Virus record (IMG/VR): IMGVR_UViG_3300045988_109352
DNA: 64,000 nt
From: a virus
Strand: one strand, 5' to 3'
The notes beneath the pieces were generated by a model. The model was not told the origin of the DNA, did no database searches, and saw only the letters and a list, made by a program, of their open reading frames with translations. A program made the translations under genes and the position numbers. How positions within the stretch are numbered: position 1 is the stretch's first letter; each line of letters opens with the position of its first letter. Below, one piece after another: positions 1 to 7,852 of the stretch.

Positions 1-235
1 CCTTTTTTTCAGTCACTTCAACTGCCAGTTCGCAGTCTTGAACGATACTAATATGTTCATTTTTAACCACTCTAAAACATATATCTATTCTGCTATGTGG
101 TAAACAATGTATATCATCACAATCTATGTTATTAAAGAAACAATCTGAACAACCATTACAGTGAGAAATATCTATTACTTCTAAGGTTACTCCATCATAC
201 TCAAATCTTTCACCTATTTTTTTTTCTTCAAACAT
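1..235 (-). CDS. hypothetical Cys-rich small protein (3' end runs off the left window edge)
   Basis: ATG at 235-233 (MFEEKKIGERFEYDGVTLEVIDISHCNGCSDCFF...), open to position 1. Similar small CxxC proteins at 16805..17014 and 18178..18396. Confidence 0.4.
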   Translation of the reverse strand, partial: MFEEKKIGERFEYDGVTLEVIDISHCNGCSDCFFNNIDCDDIHCLPHSRIDICFRVVKNEHISIVQDCELAVEVTEKK

Positions 236-365
236 ATCATTTAGTTTTTAGTTCTTCACTCAACAACAAAGTATCTATTTTGGAATAAAGTCCTTTGTCT
301 TTAAATTTACGTATTCTTTTAAAAAGATTACCAGTCAGACAGAATCGGTATGACTTACCTACAAT

Positions 366-373
366 ATTTGGTA
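366..373. repeat. 8-bp direct repeat ATTTGGTA, copy 1, flanking the mini element
   Basis: Identical octamer at 587-594. The two copies bracket 374-586 exactly. Confidence 0.85.
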
Positions 374-509
374 GGCGCTTATATTCAAGTTTACACTTGA
401 ACAACTTGACGTTTCATCGAGCCACTACTTCTTAGGGAGCTTGCGCCCCGGTCGTCCATAGTTGGGTTCTCACCGTCCAATCCCCGATGCGCCATCGGTT
501 GGGTTAATA
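374..509 (-). ncRNA. putative solo omegaRNA (reRNA) scaffold, no adjacent tnpB
   Basis: Near-identical copy of the tnpB-1 3' end. Minus-sense hairpins CCGATG-GCG-CATCGG, GGGGC-GCAA-GCTCC and CAAGT-GTAA-ACTTG. Co-oriented with the surrounding operon. Confidence 0.35.
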
Positions 510-586
510 CTATTTTTTAGGTGTAGCTTGGTTATCGCTACATTAGCATTTATAAAAAGCTAAGTGCCTCTTTGTATATAAGTGCC
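374..586 (-). mobile_element. miniature protein-less derivative of the TnpB-only element family (ends plus omegaRNA-like segment)
   Basis: 374-509 matches 1883-2018 (tnpB-1 3' end plus right end) with 5 mismatches in 136 nt. 510-586 resembles the left ends of the elements at 30616 and 3195. Termini GGCGCTTATATTCAA...CACTT and GGCACTTATATACAA...CACTT are inverted repeats (18/25). Flanked by an 8-bp direct repeat. Confidence 0.75.
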
Positions 587-594
587 ATTTGGTA
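587..594. repeat. 8-bp direct repeat ATTTGGTA, copy 2
   Basis: Identical to 366-373. Confidence 0.85.
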
Positions 595-781
595 TTTCTT
601 CACGTTTAACCCGATTATCTTCACACATTGAGGCAAGCATATCGACCTGCTGTCTGGTGGCTACACAAGTACCCGACTTGTTTTTATTTATGGTAGTAAC
701 TACAAATTCTTCCAATCCTACTTCCTTTGCAGCCGGGAGAAGTCTTTTTAGATACTTCCTACACATCTTTTGTAGCATAGG

Positions 782-982
782 CTATTTGTCTGCTGATTTA
801 TAATCCCAGCCATTTAGTTCATAGCATCGCTTACGGACAACTTCTCTGTCCCAATGCTCAAATATCTTAGTCCCTCCCATGCCGTCCTTTTCTCGCTCAT
901 ATAAAGCCCACTCTCTTCCTCTTGGCTCATAGTAATACTTCGGTTGACTATTTGCCAAGTCCTTGTATTCTTGCTCTTTCAT
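782..982 (-). CDS. hypothetical protein
   Basis: Packed minus-strand gene train; no motif recognised. Confidence 0.5.
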   Translation of the reverse strand: MKEQEYKDLANSQPKYYYEPRGREWALYEREKDGMGGTKIFEHWDREVVRKRCYELNGWDYKSADK

Positions 983-983
983 A

Positions 984-1532
984 TCAATAGTCTAATTTAG
1001 GCATTAGAAGGGCTTCGGATAGAGATAACTCTTTGTCGTAAAATGTAATCTTAATTCCTTTGCTATCATCTTTAGGGAAATGAAATCTTATGCCTCTCCT
1101 TGCATTCAAAGCATCGGCTATCAATTCAATGTTAAGTGGGTCAATAAGTACCTTTTCCGCAAATCCCGGTCTGAATTGACTTATAACTTTGTTATAATTG
1201 GGATATTTACTATCTATATTCGCGAACTTATACTTTATATCCCAATCGTCATATATAGCGTGGAAACCATCTTCTTCAATCTCAATGATAGTATGCTTGA
1301 TGATTTCCTTAAAGTTTTTTGCACTAATTAGTTTACCTTCCAGTAATTCCTTCTCTTCTTCGCTAAAGTTGCAAATCTCATTTAGGCAGGCTTTGATTAA
1401 TATCTTGCCGTTGCTGGCTATTGCATATCCATCTTTGAAATATATGCAATTCATTACTGGTCTAATAGGGTCATTTGCACAAGCTAAATGCAGCTTAATC
1501 CCTTTGTTGAAATTGTGTCTAATCTTCTTCAT
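984..1532 (-). CDS. sliding-clamp (DNA pol III beta)-like protein, short form
   Basis: DPIRPVMNCIYFKDGYAIASNGKILI resembles the clamp RP.L.GV...L..vATDGhRL. KYPNYNKVI resembles clamp FPDY..VIP. The C-terminal LLMPKL resembles clamp vvMPmRL. Only 182 aa. Confidence 0.4.
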   Translation of the reverse strand: MKKIRHNFNKGIKLHLACANDPIRPVMNCIYFKDGYAIASNGKILIKACLNEICNFSEEEKELLEGKLISAKNFKEIIKHTIIEIEEDGFHAIYDDWDIKYKFANIDSKYPNYNKVISQFRPGFAEKVLIDPLNIELIADALNARRGIRFHFPKDDSKGIKITFYDKELSLSEALLMPKLDY

Positions 1533-1858
1533 ATCATTTGGTCTTTTAGTATTATAGCATCCACTTTGGAGTAGACACCCTTGTCTTTGAATTTACGTAT
1601 TCTTTTAAAAATCTTTTGTTCGTTGCACTTCCGGTATGACAGACAAAGCAAGTTGGGAATTTCCTCCCTTTTTATTCTATCATCCCCACATAGAGAAGCC
1701 AGCATATTGACTTGTTCTACCGTGGCTGTGCATCGTCCATTTTCGTTTTCGGTAATAGTCCTTTCGACAAATTCATCAAGACCGATATCTCTCGCTTTCC
1801 GGTACAACTTTTTCAGATACTTTCTGCAAAGCTGCTGTAGTTTGTTATGGCAACTCAT
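1529..1858 (-). CDS. hypothetical protein (intact paralog of the split gene 237..778)
   Basis: ATG at 1858 (MSCHNKLQQLCRKYLKK...) aligns with the start of the paralog. The longer ORF reaching 1897 would begin inside the TnpB-1 right end. Confidence 0.6.
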   Translation of the reverse strand: MSCHNKLQQLCRKYLKKLYRKARDIGLDEFVERTITENENGRCTATVEQVNMLASLCGDDRIKREEIPNLLCLSYRKCNEQKIFKRIRKFKDKGVYSKVDAIILKDQMI

Positions 1859-1882
1859 AATAGTTTCTTTATAATATCTCCA

Positions 1883-2018
1883 GGCGTTTATATCCAAGCT
1901 TACACTTGAACAACTTGACGTTTCATCGAGCCGCTACTTCTTAGGGAGCTTGCGCCCCGGTCGTCCATAGTTGGGTTCTCACCGTCCAATCCCCGATACG
2001 CCATCGGTTGGGTTAATA
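1883..2018 (-). ncRNA. putative omegaRNA (reRNA) scaffold overlapping the tnpB-1 3' end
   Basis: Position expected from the known TnpB architecture. GC-rich hairpins in an AT-rich genome. The sequence is conserved in the protein-less copy at 374-509. Confidence 0.4.
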
Positions 2019-3120
2019 AATTCTGTGCTTGTAGTCCGAAGCGTTTGATGTTTCGGGCTGCAAGTAAATCTCTGTCATTTGTAGTTCCACACTTGGGACA
2101 AGTCCACTTGCGGTCGGAAAGTTTAAGCTCTCTATTTATATATCCGCACTCACACATCTTTGAAGACGGTTCAAAGCGACCTATGCGAATTAAAGTCTTT
2201 CCGTACCATTCACACTTGTATTCAAGCATGGAGAAGAAAGTAGCCCAACCAACAGAACCTATTGAACGTGCAAGCTTGTGATTTTTCATCATGCCGTCAA
2301 TGTTCAAGTCCTCTATGATTATCGCTTGGTTTTCGCGAACGAGCTTTGTACTTACTTTGTGTAAGAAGTCTGTCCGTTGGTTGGTTACTTTCTCGTATTG
2401 TCTTGCTAACTGCTTTCTAAGTCTTTCATGTCTGTTTCCTCCCTTCTTGGATTTACTGAAACGCTTTTGGATTATCTTCAATCGGTCAGTAGCTTTTTCA
2501 AGATATTTAGGGTTTTGAAATACGTCCCCATTTGAACATACTGCAAAGTCCTTTATTCCCACATCTATGCCGATTGTACCCTCATAAGTTATCGGTTCTT
2601 TAGATGGAAGTTCTTTCCCATCCTCTACCAATACACTGACATAGTATTTATCTGTCTTGGTTTTAGATACCGTGACAGACCTTACATCTCCTTCAAACTT
2701 TCTATTCTCAGATAGCTTCACCCATCCGATTTTAGGAAGTTTAATCCGGTTGTTATCCAAGTCTACTTCTACTGAGTTGATAGCCTTATATGCTGCTCTA
2801 CTTTTGTGTTTGGACTTGAATTTAGGAAAGCCTTTCTTCTCACGGAAGAATCTTGTAAACGCGCTGTCCAAGTTCCGGATAGACTGCTGCAAACACTCAT
2901 TGCTCACTTCTTTCAGCCACTCCATGCCTTTCTCCTTCTTCAAGTCGGTAAGCATCTTGCATAGGTCAACCGCATTTATTCGCTTTCCTTCGTTCTGATA
3001 GGCTTCTATTCGCTTTGCCAAAGCCCAATTATAGATAAAGCGTACACTTCCAAAGGACTTCTCAAAGAATATCCTCTGCTCCTTAGTAGGCTTCAATCTA
3101 TATTTATAGGCTTTCAACAT
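1900..3120 (-). CDS. tnpB: RNA-guided endonuclease TnpB (IS605 OrfB type)
   Basis: MLKAYKYRLKPTKEQ N-terminus. RuvC motifs IGIDVG, IIIEDLN and NDRDLLAARNI. Zn ribbon CECG...CPKCG. Confidence 0.9.
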   Translation of the reverse strand: MLKAYKYRLKPTKEQRIFFEKSFGSVRFIYNWALAKRIEAYQNEGKRINAVDLCKMLTDLKKEKGMEWLKEVSNECLQQSIRNLDSAFTRFFREKKGFPKFKSKHKSRAAYKAINSVEVDLDNNRIKLPKIGWVKLSENRKFEGDVRSVTVSKTKTDKYYVSVLVEDGKELPSKEPITYEGTIGIDVGIKDFAVCSNGDVFQNPKYLEKATDRLKIIQKRFSKSKKGGNRHERLRKQLARQYEKVTNQRTDFLHKVSTKLVRENQAIIIEDLNIDGMMKNHKLARSIGSVGWATFFSMLEYKCEWYGKTLIRIGRFEPSSKMCECGYINRELKLSDRKWTCPKCGTTNDRDLLAARNIKRFGLQAQNLLTQPMAYRGLDGENPTMDDRGASSLRSSGSMKRQVVQV

Positions 3121-3141
3121 ATATGCGTCTTTAGTTCAGTA

Positions 3142-3173
3142 CAAAGATAAGATATTATAAATAAAAAAGCAAA
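3142..3173 (-). promoter_or_regulatory. Bacteroidota-type promoter for tnpB-1
   Basis: Minus strand TTTG (3173-3170), 20 nt, then TATCTTTG (3149-3142), about 20 nt upstream of the ATG. Confidence 0.5.
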
Positions 3174-3182
3174 CGTTTTACT

Positions 3183-3632
3183 TTATTTAAGTGTTCTAAT
3201 AAACTGTTGAACACCTAAGAATAGGATAACGAGAATGACTGCTATGTTAGTGTAGCAGATAGTCAGAAACGCGGAGTTCGATGTGAATATTGTATCTAAA
3301 TACTCACGTTGTATTAATACTGCAAATATGTAAAGTACGCCTAATAAGTATTTCCAACAGAAATGTAATGAAATAGCTAATAATAAAAGTAGTATCGCAG
3401 CTATTAAAGTAATCTTAACGTATAAAGTTATAGAGAACGATATTGGAGTAAATAAATAAGCATATCCGTCCATCCCCTCAAAGAAGTCATTATTGTAATA
3501 TGCTATTAACTTTTCTGAATAGTCAATCAAAAGCAATAGACATAATACATAAACAACATATTTAGTAAGCACAATAAGTAGCTTTCTAAATAATGGAGAT
3601 AATGACCATATGTATTTATTTAGAGTATTCAT
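3183..3632 (-). CDS. multi-pass membrane protein
   Basis: Four or so hydrophobic spans. The last codons and the stop lie inside the T1 left end. Confidence 0.6.
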   Translation of the reverse strand: MNTLNKYIWSLSPLFRKLLIVLTKYVVYVLCLLLLIDYSEKLIAYYNNDFFEGMDGYAYLFTPISFSITLYVKITLIAAILLLLLAISLHFCWKYLLGVLYIFAVLIQREYLDTIFTSNSAFLTICYTNIAVILVILFLGVQQFIRTLK

Positions 3633-3838
3633 TTCTTAACTTCAACTTTGATTGTATCGGCTTTAACCGTATCTTTCTTAGTAGTCTTAATCCTAAACCT
3701 AATATCACCTACATTAGTATCATGGTATCTTGGATGAGGATGAAGTTTTGGGTCTACTACTATCGGCATCTTTCTCTTCGTAGTGCCAGACGGAATACTA
3801 TCGTTCTTCGTCTTCACATTCACTTTTATCTTCACCAT
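3629..3838 (-). CDS. hypothetical protein
   Basis: Packed minus-strand train; basic. Confidence 0.4.
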   Translation of the reverse strand: MVKIKVNVKTKNDSIPSGTTKRKMPIVVDPKLHPHPRYHDTNVGDIRFRIKTTKKDTVKADTIKVEVKK

Positions 3839-3983
3839 CTTCTACTTTTATTAAGTGACCTTTTTTATTTCCATAGGCAAAGTGACGGGCTTCGACTTTA
3901 TTCTTAGCTATCATATAATAGACAGCCGAAGTAGTCTTGCCAATTCTCCTTGCGTATTCTTTTACGCTTATCCACTTTTCCAT
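3798..3983 (-). CDS. small HTH DNA-binding protein (excisionase/AlpA-like)
   Basis: WISVKEYARRIGKTTSAVYYMIAKNKV helix-turn-helix pattern. Confidence 0.5.
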   Translation of the reverse strand: MEKWISVKEYARRIGKTTSAVYYMIAKNKVEARHFAYGNKKGHLIKVEDGEDKSECEDEER

Positions 3984-3991
3984 AATGGTTC

Positions 3992-4495
3992 TTATTTTTG
4001 TCCCGTACTACCATATCCGTTAGCACCTCTGTCGGTATCAGAAAGCTCTTCCACTTCCTCCCATTCGATTGGTAAGGTAATACCTATCTTAGCTTGGACT
4101 ATTCTTTCTCCTACCTTATACTTTGGCATAGTAGGCATAACATGATAAAATACTGTTGACATCTCACCACGGTAAAGTTCATCAATAGTTCCCTCACAGT
4201 TGGATAAGACCATACCAGTTTGCCATACGCTGCTTCTTGGGCGACAATCAAGTGACAAATGAAAAGGACACTTGGATAAATCTATAGATGTATTCATCCC
4301 AATGTCTATAGTAGAACCTTTCAATATAGTTTCCCAATCTCTTTCCATTTCTATCGCAATGCCTAATCCATACTTATAAACGTTAGGTGCAATTTCCTCG
4401 CATGAAGTAGCGTATAAGTCCCAGCAAAAGTCAGATGGGTATTTCTTGAAAGGTGAAGGAACTGATTTATCCAACTTCTTAAATTTTATTTTCAT
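3992..4495 (-). CDS. dut: dUTP diphosphatase
   Basis: Motifs DLYA, GTIDELYRGE and C-terminal RGANGYGSTG. ATG at 4495 sits downstream of the promoter boxes. Confidence 0.75.
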   Translation of the reverse strand: MKIKFKKLDKSVPSPFKKYPSDFCWDLYATSCEEIAPNVYKYGLGIAIEMERDWETILKGSTIDIGMNTSIDLSKCPFHLSLDCRPRSSVWQTGMVLSNCEGTIDELYRGEMSTVFYHVMPTMPKYKVGERIVQAKIGITLPIEWEEVEELSDTDRGANGYGSTGQK

Positions 4496-4521
4496 TGTAA
4501 AATTGGTTTTGATTACAGTGA

Positions 4522-4553
4522 CAAAAGTAGCTGAAATTTTGGAAAGTTCCAAA
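4522..4553 (-). promoter_or_regulatory. Bacteroidota-type promoter upstream of dut
   Basis: Minus strand TTTG (4553-4550), 20 nt, then TACTTTTG (4529-4522). The -33 box lies in the palindrome TTTTGGAAAGTTCCAAAA (4537-4554). Confidence 0.5.
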
Positions 4554-4641
4554 AAATAAGGGTCAGAATTGTGTTAAAAGAAAGAGAGAAAGCACAATTG
4601 TTACTCTCTCCCTTTCGACTTAAAATAAACGAGATTATAAA

Positions 4642-5070
4642 CTACAAGTTCACAATATCCACATAGTTAGATTCAACAACTTGTTCAATTCTCCAATCAG
4701 CCATTGAAGCGGACATAGCTTCTTTGACAGTGTTTGTTGCCTCTTCTGTTGTATCAGCTTCAACAATCAACATGCAAGGTGTCTTCTTCTCGTCGCCCTC
4801 GTCGTTTAGAGTAATGTAGTTGAGCTTCACTTTAAAGAGCTTTTTGTCCTCCTTGTCCTTATCTCCCAAAAATTCTTGGAAGTTTGTTCGTCCAACTGCA
4901 AGAACTGAAAACTCTTCTGCTTGGTAGATAGACAGTTCTTCATTCATCAGCTTTTCGCATTCCGTGCAACTCATAGCGTTTACAAGATACTTTTCTGTTA
5001 CTCTCTTTTGCTTGCCTCTTTCGTTGATTTTAACGTAAGAAACTTTTGCTTCCATTAATTGTACTAACAT
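4642..5070 (-). CDS. hypothetical protein (possibly DUF4494-like)
   Basis: 142 aa. My recollection of the family pattern KV.Y.K..E.G..K.VTE.YLV.A is uncertain. Confidence 0.5.
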   Translation of the reverse strand: MLVQLMEAKVSYVKINERGKQKRVTEKYLVNAMSCTECEKLMNEELSIYQAEEFSVLAVGRTNFQEFLGDKDKEDKKLFKVKLNYITLNDEGDEKKTPCMLIVEADTTEEATNTVKEAMSASMADWRIEQVVESNYVDIVNL

Positions 5071-5089
5071 GATTAATTCTTTTAATTGA

Positions 5090-5332
5090 TTAAAAACTAA
5101 AGTTATTTATTCCTACCCACCCGACTACTCTGAATCGGCAGATAGTGCTTATTATTTTGCTACTATATTCCGGTGAATACATGAACCAATTACCTAATAG
5201 ATATTCCCCGTGAAAAATCATATTATTTTCGCAGAGGAATAGAACTTCTTCGCCTTCTTTCGGTAAATACTGCTCTATTTTCGTAAATTCGATTTTATTT
5301 TCCATAACTAACTTGGATAAAAGGTATAACAA
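5090..5332 (-). CDS. hypothetical protein
   Basis: Packed train; weak resemblance to 10773..11090. Confidence 0.4.
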   Translation of the reverse strand: MLYLLSKLVMENKIEFTKIEQYLPKEGEEVLFLCENNMIFHGEYLLGNWFMYSPEYSSKIISTICRFRVVGWVGINNFSF

Positions 5333-5781
5333 TTCTGAAAGTTCAGTTTTACCAAATCCATGCTTTTCTCCTTATACCAATTTGGAACATAATTACAGAT
5401 AGCAAACTCCTTTTCTTTCTTTTCATATATATTTTCTAAGAATTGCTTGGTAGTCATTCTGTAGAAATCACAGTTAGGTGCTTTAAATACTTCTTTACCA
5501 TCTATTTCTTCTGGATTGACAGCAATAAATCTTGCATGGTCTTGAAATAAATAGCATTGTGGATTATAGGCACAACCAAAATCATAGACAGTATATTCTT
5601 TAGGTATGATTTTTGATAGATAGTAATATGTTTCCATAAAGCCTATAAAATCTGTTCCTATAGCACAATACTCCTGCTTGAAAACTCTATCTTTTTCTTC
5701 CTTTGGGATAAGAGATAGTACATAGTTTGTAATTTCTTGTTCGTTCATATCAAAAAGGTAATTCCTGCAATTCGCTACCAA
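5308..5781 (-). CDS. hypothetical protein
   Basis: 157-aa ORF overlapping both neighbours. Confidence 0.55.
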   Translation of the reverse strand: MVANCRNYLFDMNEQEITNYVLSLIPKEEKDRVFKQEYCAIGTDFIGFMETYYYLSKIIPKEYTVYDFGCAYNPQCYLFQDHARFIAVNPEEIDGKEVFKAPNCDFYRMTTKQFLENIYEKKEKEFAICNYVPNWYKEKSMDLVKLNFQNCYTFYPS

Positions 5782-7852
5782 ACGGTAATTGATTGTTCAT
5801 ATTGTCATATATGTCTTGTAAATCGGTAACATCAGCTGTGGGTATCGTTTCAAATGTCAACTGTGAAGGTTGTTCCTGCCATCCATAGACGATGTTCTCC
5901 GATATTTCGTTCTTTAGTCTGCGGGATTCGACTTCGTAGTACATCCCTACCAATAAGTCTATCACTCCCATGCTTCGGTTCTTGCAAACTTCAATTACAG
6001 AGTTATACTTTAGATATGGGAGAACTTTGTCCTTACCGAAAAACTCCCCTGCCCTCTGCTCAAAGTCTTTCCCTATTCGATGTATGATGAATACAGAATC
6101 AGCCAAGTTAGTTAAATCTGCTGTGCCGGATATGCTTTCTTTTCGTAGAAATATACCTTCTTTTCTTGGATGGCATACTAACAGCACATGCACATTCTTA
6201 GCTTTAGCATATTCTTTTAAGTCATTGATGAACTTAGTTTGCTGGGTATATTTATCACCTTCATAGTTGTCAATCTGCAATGCCATCAAGTTATCAAGAA
6301 CAATAAGCTGTACACCTTCTTTGTCTACAAGCTCTTTTACATCAGCAAACAGTTGTTGCCATTTACTTCCATAATTATTGTTATAAAGGAATAGTTTGCC
6401 TTCTAACCAATTACTTATCTGATTGGAAATATTTTTAGGAGCATAGTAGTAGTTTTCAAAGCCCTCCCTTTTGCATACATAATTTTTACCAGCAGCGATT
6501 TGATTTATCCAGCTTTGAAATCTAAAGTCTTGCAATTCTCCCGACCATATTCCTACTTTATATCCTCTTTGTATAGCATTCAGAGCAACACAATCTATCC
6601 AACTACTTTTTCCCGCACCAGAGCCGCCAGACAATACAGTTACATCTCCAAGCAACAGTCCGATGATTTTTTTGTCAAGTTCTTTATATCCCGTAGGAAT
6701 AGCTACAAACTTACTCATATCCACATACTGTACATCAGTCATAGCCAGCCATTTCTTTCCCTTAGCGGAATCCTCCTTCTTTGGCACAAAAGGTTCTTTC
6801 TTTTGGGAAGAGTAGTATTGCATCTTATGCTCGTGCCTTTGGTATTCCTTGTGGTCGTAAGCATCCGGCTCAAACTTCAACCGAAAGTCCTTCCACGTAT
6901 ATTGAGAACAACTTGAATGCAGGCACTTAAAGCCAAGTCCTCCATTAGACATTTCAAAGATTGCTGAATCCGGAGCACGGTGTGAACTATTGAATGGGCA
7001 TTCGTCAAGTATGTACTTTGTAAACGATGATGTCCTTACAATGTTTCTTACTGAGATGTGGTGTTTATTCAGAAATGCTTCTAAGTCAAACTTCTCATTG
7101 CTGTAGTAGTTACTCTTGCTCGGTTGTTCCGGCTTCGGGAGCATAGCAGCAACTTTGGCAAAGTATTCGTTTGGAGTTATTTTAACTTCATCTGGTATTC
7201 TTAGTATCTTACTTTCCCTTTGAGGACGTTTCTTGGTATTACTTCCCTTTCTACTAAATGTTCCGTAAAGTTTACAAATGCGGCTTGAATTGAACGTACT
7301 ACAATCAATCTCCACATTCGGATTAGAGAATAGCATATCAAGAACTTGCAGGAACTCTTTACAGATTGTAGTATTCTCATTGCTATTCTTCATGGCTATT
7401 TTGTACAACAGATGGAAACCATTACCACTATCACATACTACTGGTTTTTCAAAGCCTTCATCCCGTAGGAACTTAAATACATTGTTGACTACTTCTTTCG
7501 CCATCTCCTTCTCTTCATCAGTTGAGTTTGTGTCTGATGGCTTCTTTGTGTCTATGTCTATCAATATCCAATCTCTTCCAACAATGTCATTATCAGAAGT
7601 TGTTGACTTAGGTTTGGTAACAATCCTATCATGCTGCTCTCTGTCATAACATGCTGGATTGATAGCGTTCAATGTGAAGTAGATGTTACAGTTATCGTAC
7701 TTCCTAATTTCGTTGAGCAGGGTATCAACATCAGTAAAGTAGCCGGAATAGGTTCTTTTATAAGCATTGTCTACTATACGAACTTCAACCAACTCTTCAC
7801 CCGATTTGAAGGTATCATACCATTGTCTAATAGTTATCTCATTCATTTTCAT
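5750..7852 (-). CDS. DNA primase (AEP/prim-pol type) fused to a P-loop replicative helicase
   Basis: N-terminal IYFTLN, DIDTKKP and SGNGFHLLY (AEP motifs). Cys/His cluster CPFNSSH...CLHSSC. Walker A GGSGAGKSS and Walker B LIVLDNL. Confidence 0.75.
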   Translation of the reverse strand: MKMNEITIRQWYDTFKSGEELVEVRIVDNAYKRTYSGYFTDVDTLLNEIRKYDNCNIYFTLNAINPACYDREQHDRIVTKPKSTTSDNDIVGRDWILIDIDTKKPSDTNSTDEEKEMAKEVVNNVFKFLRDEGFEKPVVCDSGNGFHLLYKIAMKNSNENTTICKEFLQVLDMLFSNPNVEIDCSTFNSSRICKLYGTFSRKGSNTKKRPQRESKILRIPDEVKITPNEYFAKVAAMLPKPEQPSKSNYYSNEKFDLEAFLNKHHISVRNIVRTSSFTKYILDECPFNSSHRAPDSAIFEMSNGGLGFKCLHSSCSQYTWKDFRLKFEPDAYDHKEYQRHEHKMQYYSSQKKEPFVPKKEDSAKGKKWLAMTDVQYVDMSKFVAIPTGYKELDKKIIGLLLGDVTVLSGGSGAGKSSWIDCVALNAIQRGYKVGIWSGELQDFRFQSWINQIAAGKNYVCKREGFENYYYAPKNISNQISNWLEGKLFLYNNNYGSKWQQLFADVKELVDKEGVQLIVLDNLMALQIDNYEGDKYTQQTKFINDLKEYAKAKNVHVLLVCHPRKEGIFLRKESISGTADLTNLADSVFIIHRIGKDFEQRAGEFFGKDKVLPYLKYNSVIEVCKNRSMGVIDLLVGMYYEVESRRLKNEISENIVYGWQEQPSQLTFETIPTADVTDLQDIYDNMNNQLPFGSELQELPF

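Larger units (their letters stand above)
237..778 (-). pseudogene. phage gene of unknown function (paralog of 1529..1858) split by a 213-bp insertion
   Basis: N-part 587..778 (...DMLASMCEDNRVKREEIPN) plus C-part 237..371 (PNIVGKSYRFCLTGNLFKRIRKFKDKGLYSK...*) align colinearly and at equal length with the intact paralog (...NMLASLCGDDRIKREEIPNLLCLSYRKCNEQKIFKRIRKFKDKG...). Reading into the insert hits a stop after 8 codons (ORF 560..778). Confidence 0.75.
1883..3195 (-). mobile_element. TnpB-only IS200/IS605-family (IS1341-like) element, copy T1
   Basis: Single tnpB ORF. The right end ...CAAGTGTAAGCTTGGATATAAACGCC (ends at 1883) is shared with the mini element and T2. The left end AACACTTAAATAAAG (3195 downward) is a decayed version of GGCACTTATATACAAAG. 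No flanking duplication found. Confidence 0.7.

Noticed and set aside
374-586. The mini element interrupting a gene, considered as a self-splicing intron (IStron-like).
   Set aside because: At 213 nt it is too short for a group I or group II core, and I saw no P3/P7-like pairings. It has an in-frame stop, and its ends behave like transposon ends (inverted repeats plus an 8-bp duplication).
1875-3203. An 8-bp target duplication flanking T1, as seen for T2 and the mini element.
   Set aside because: The 8 nt outside the two ends (TATCTCCA at 1875-82 and CTAATAAA at 3196-3203) do not match. Shifting the left boundary by a few nucleotides does not rescue a repeat.
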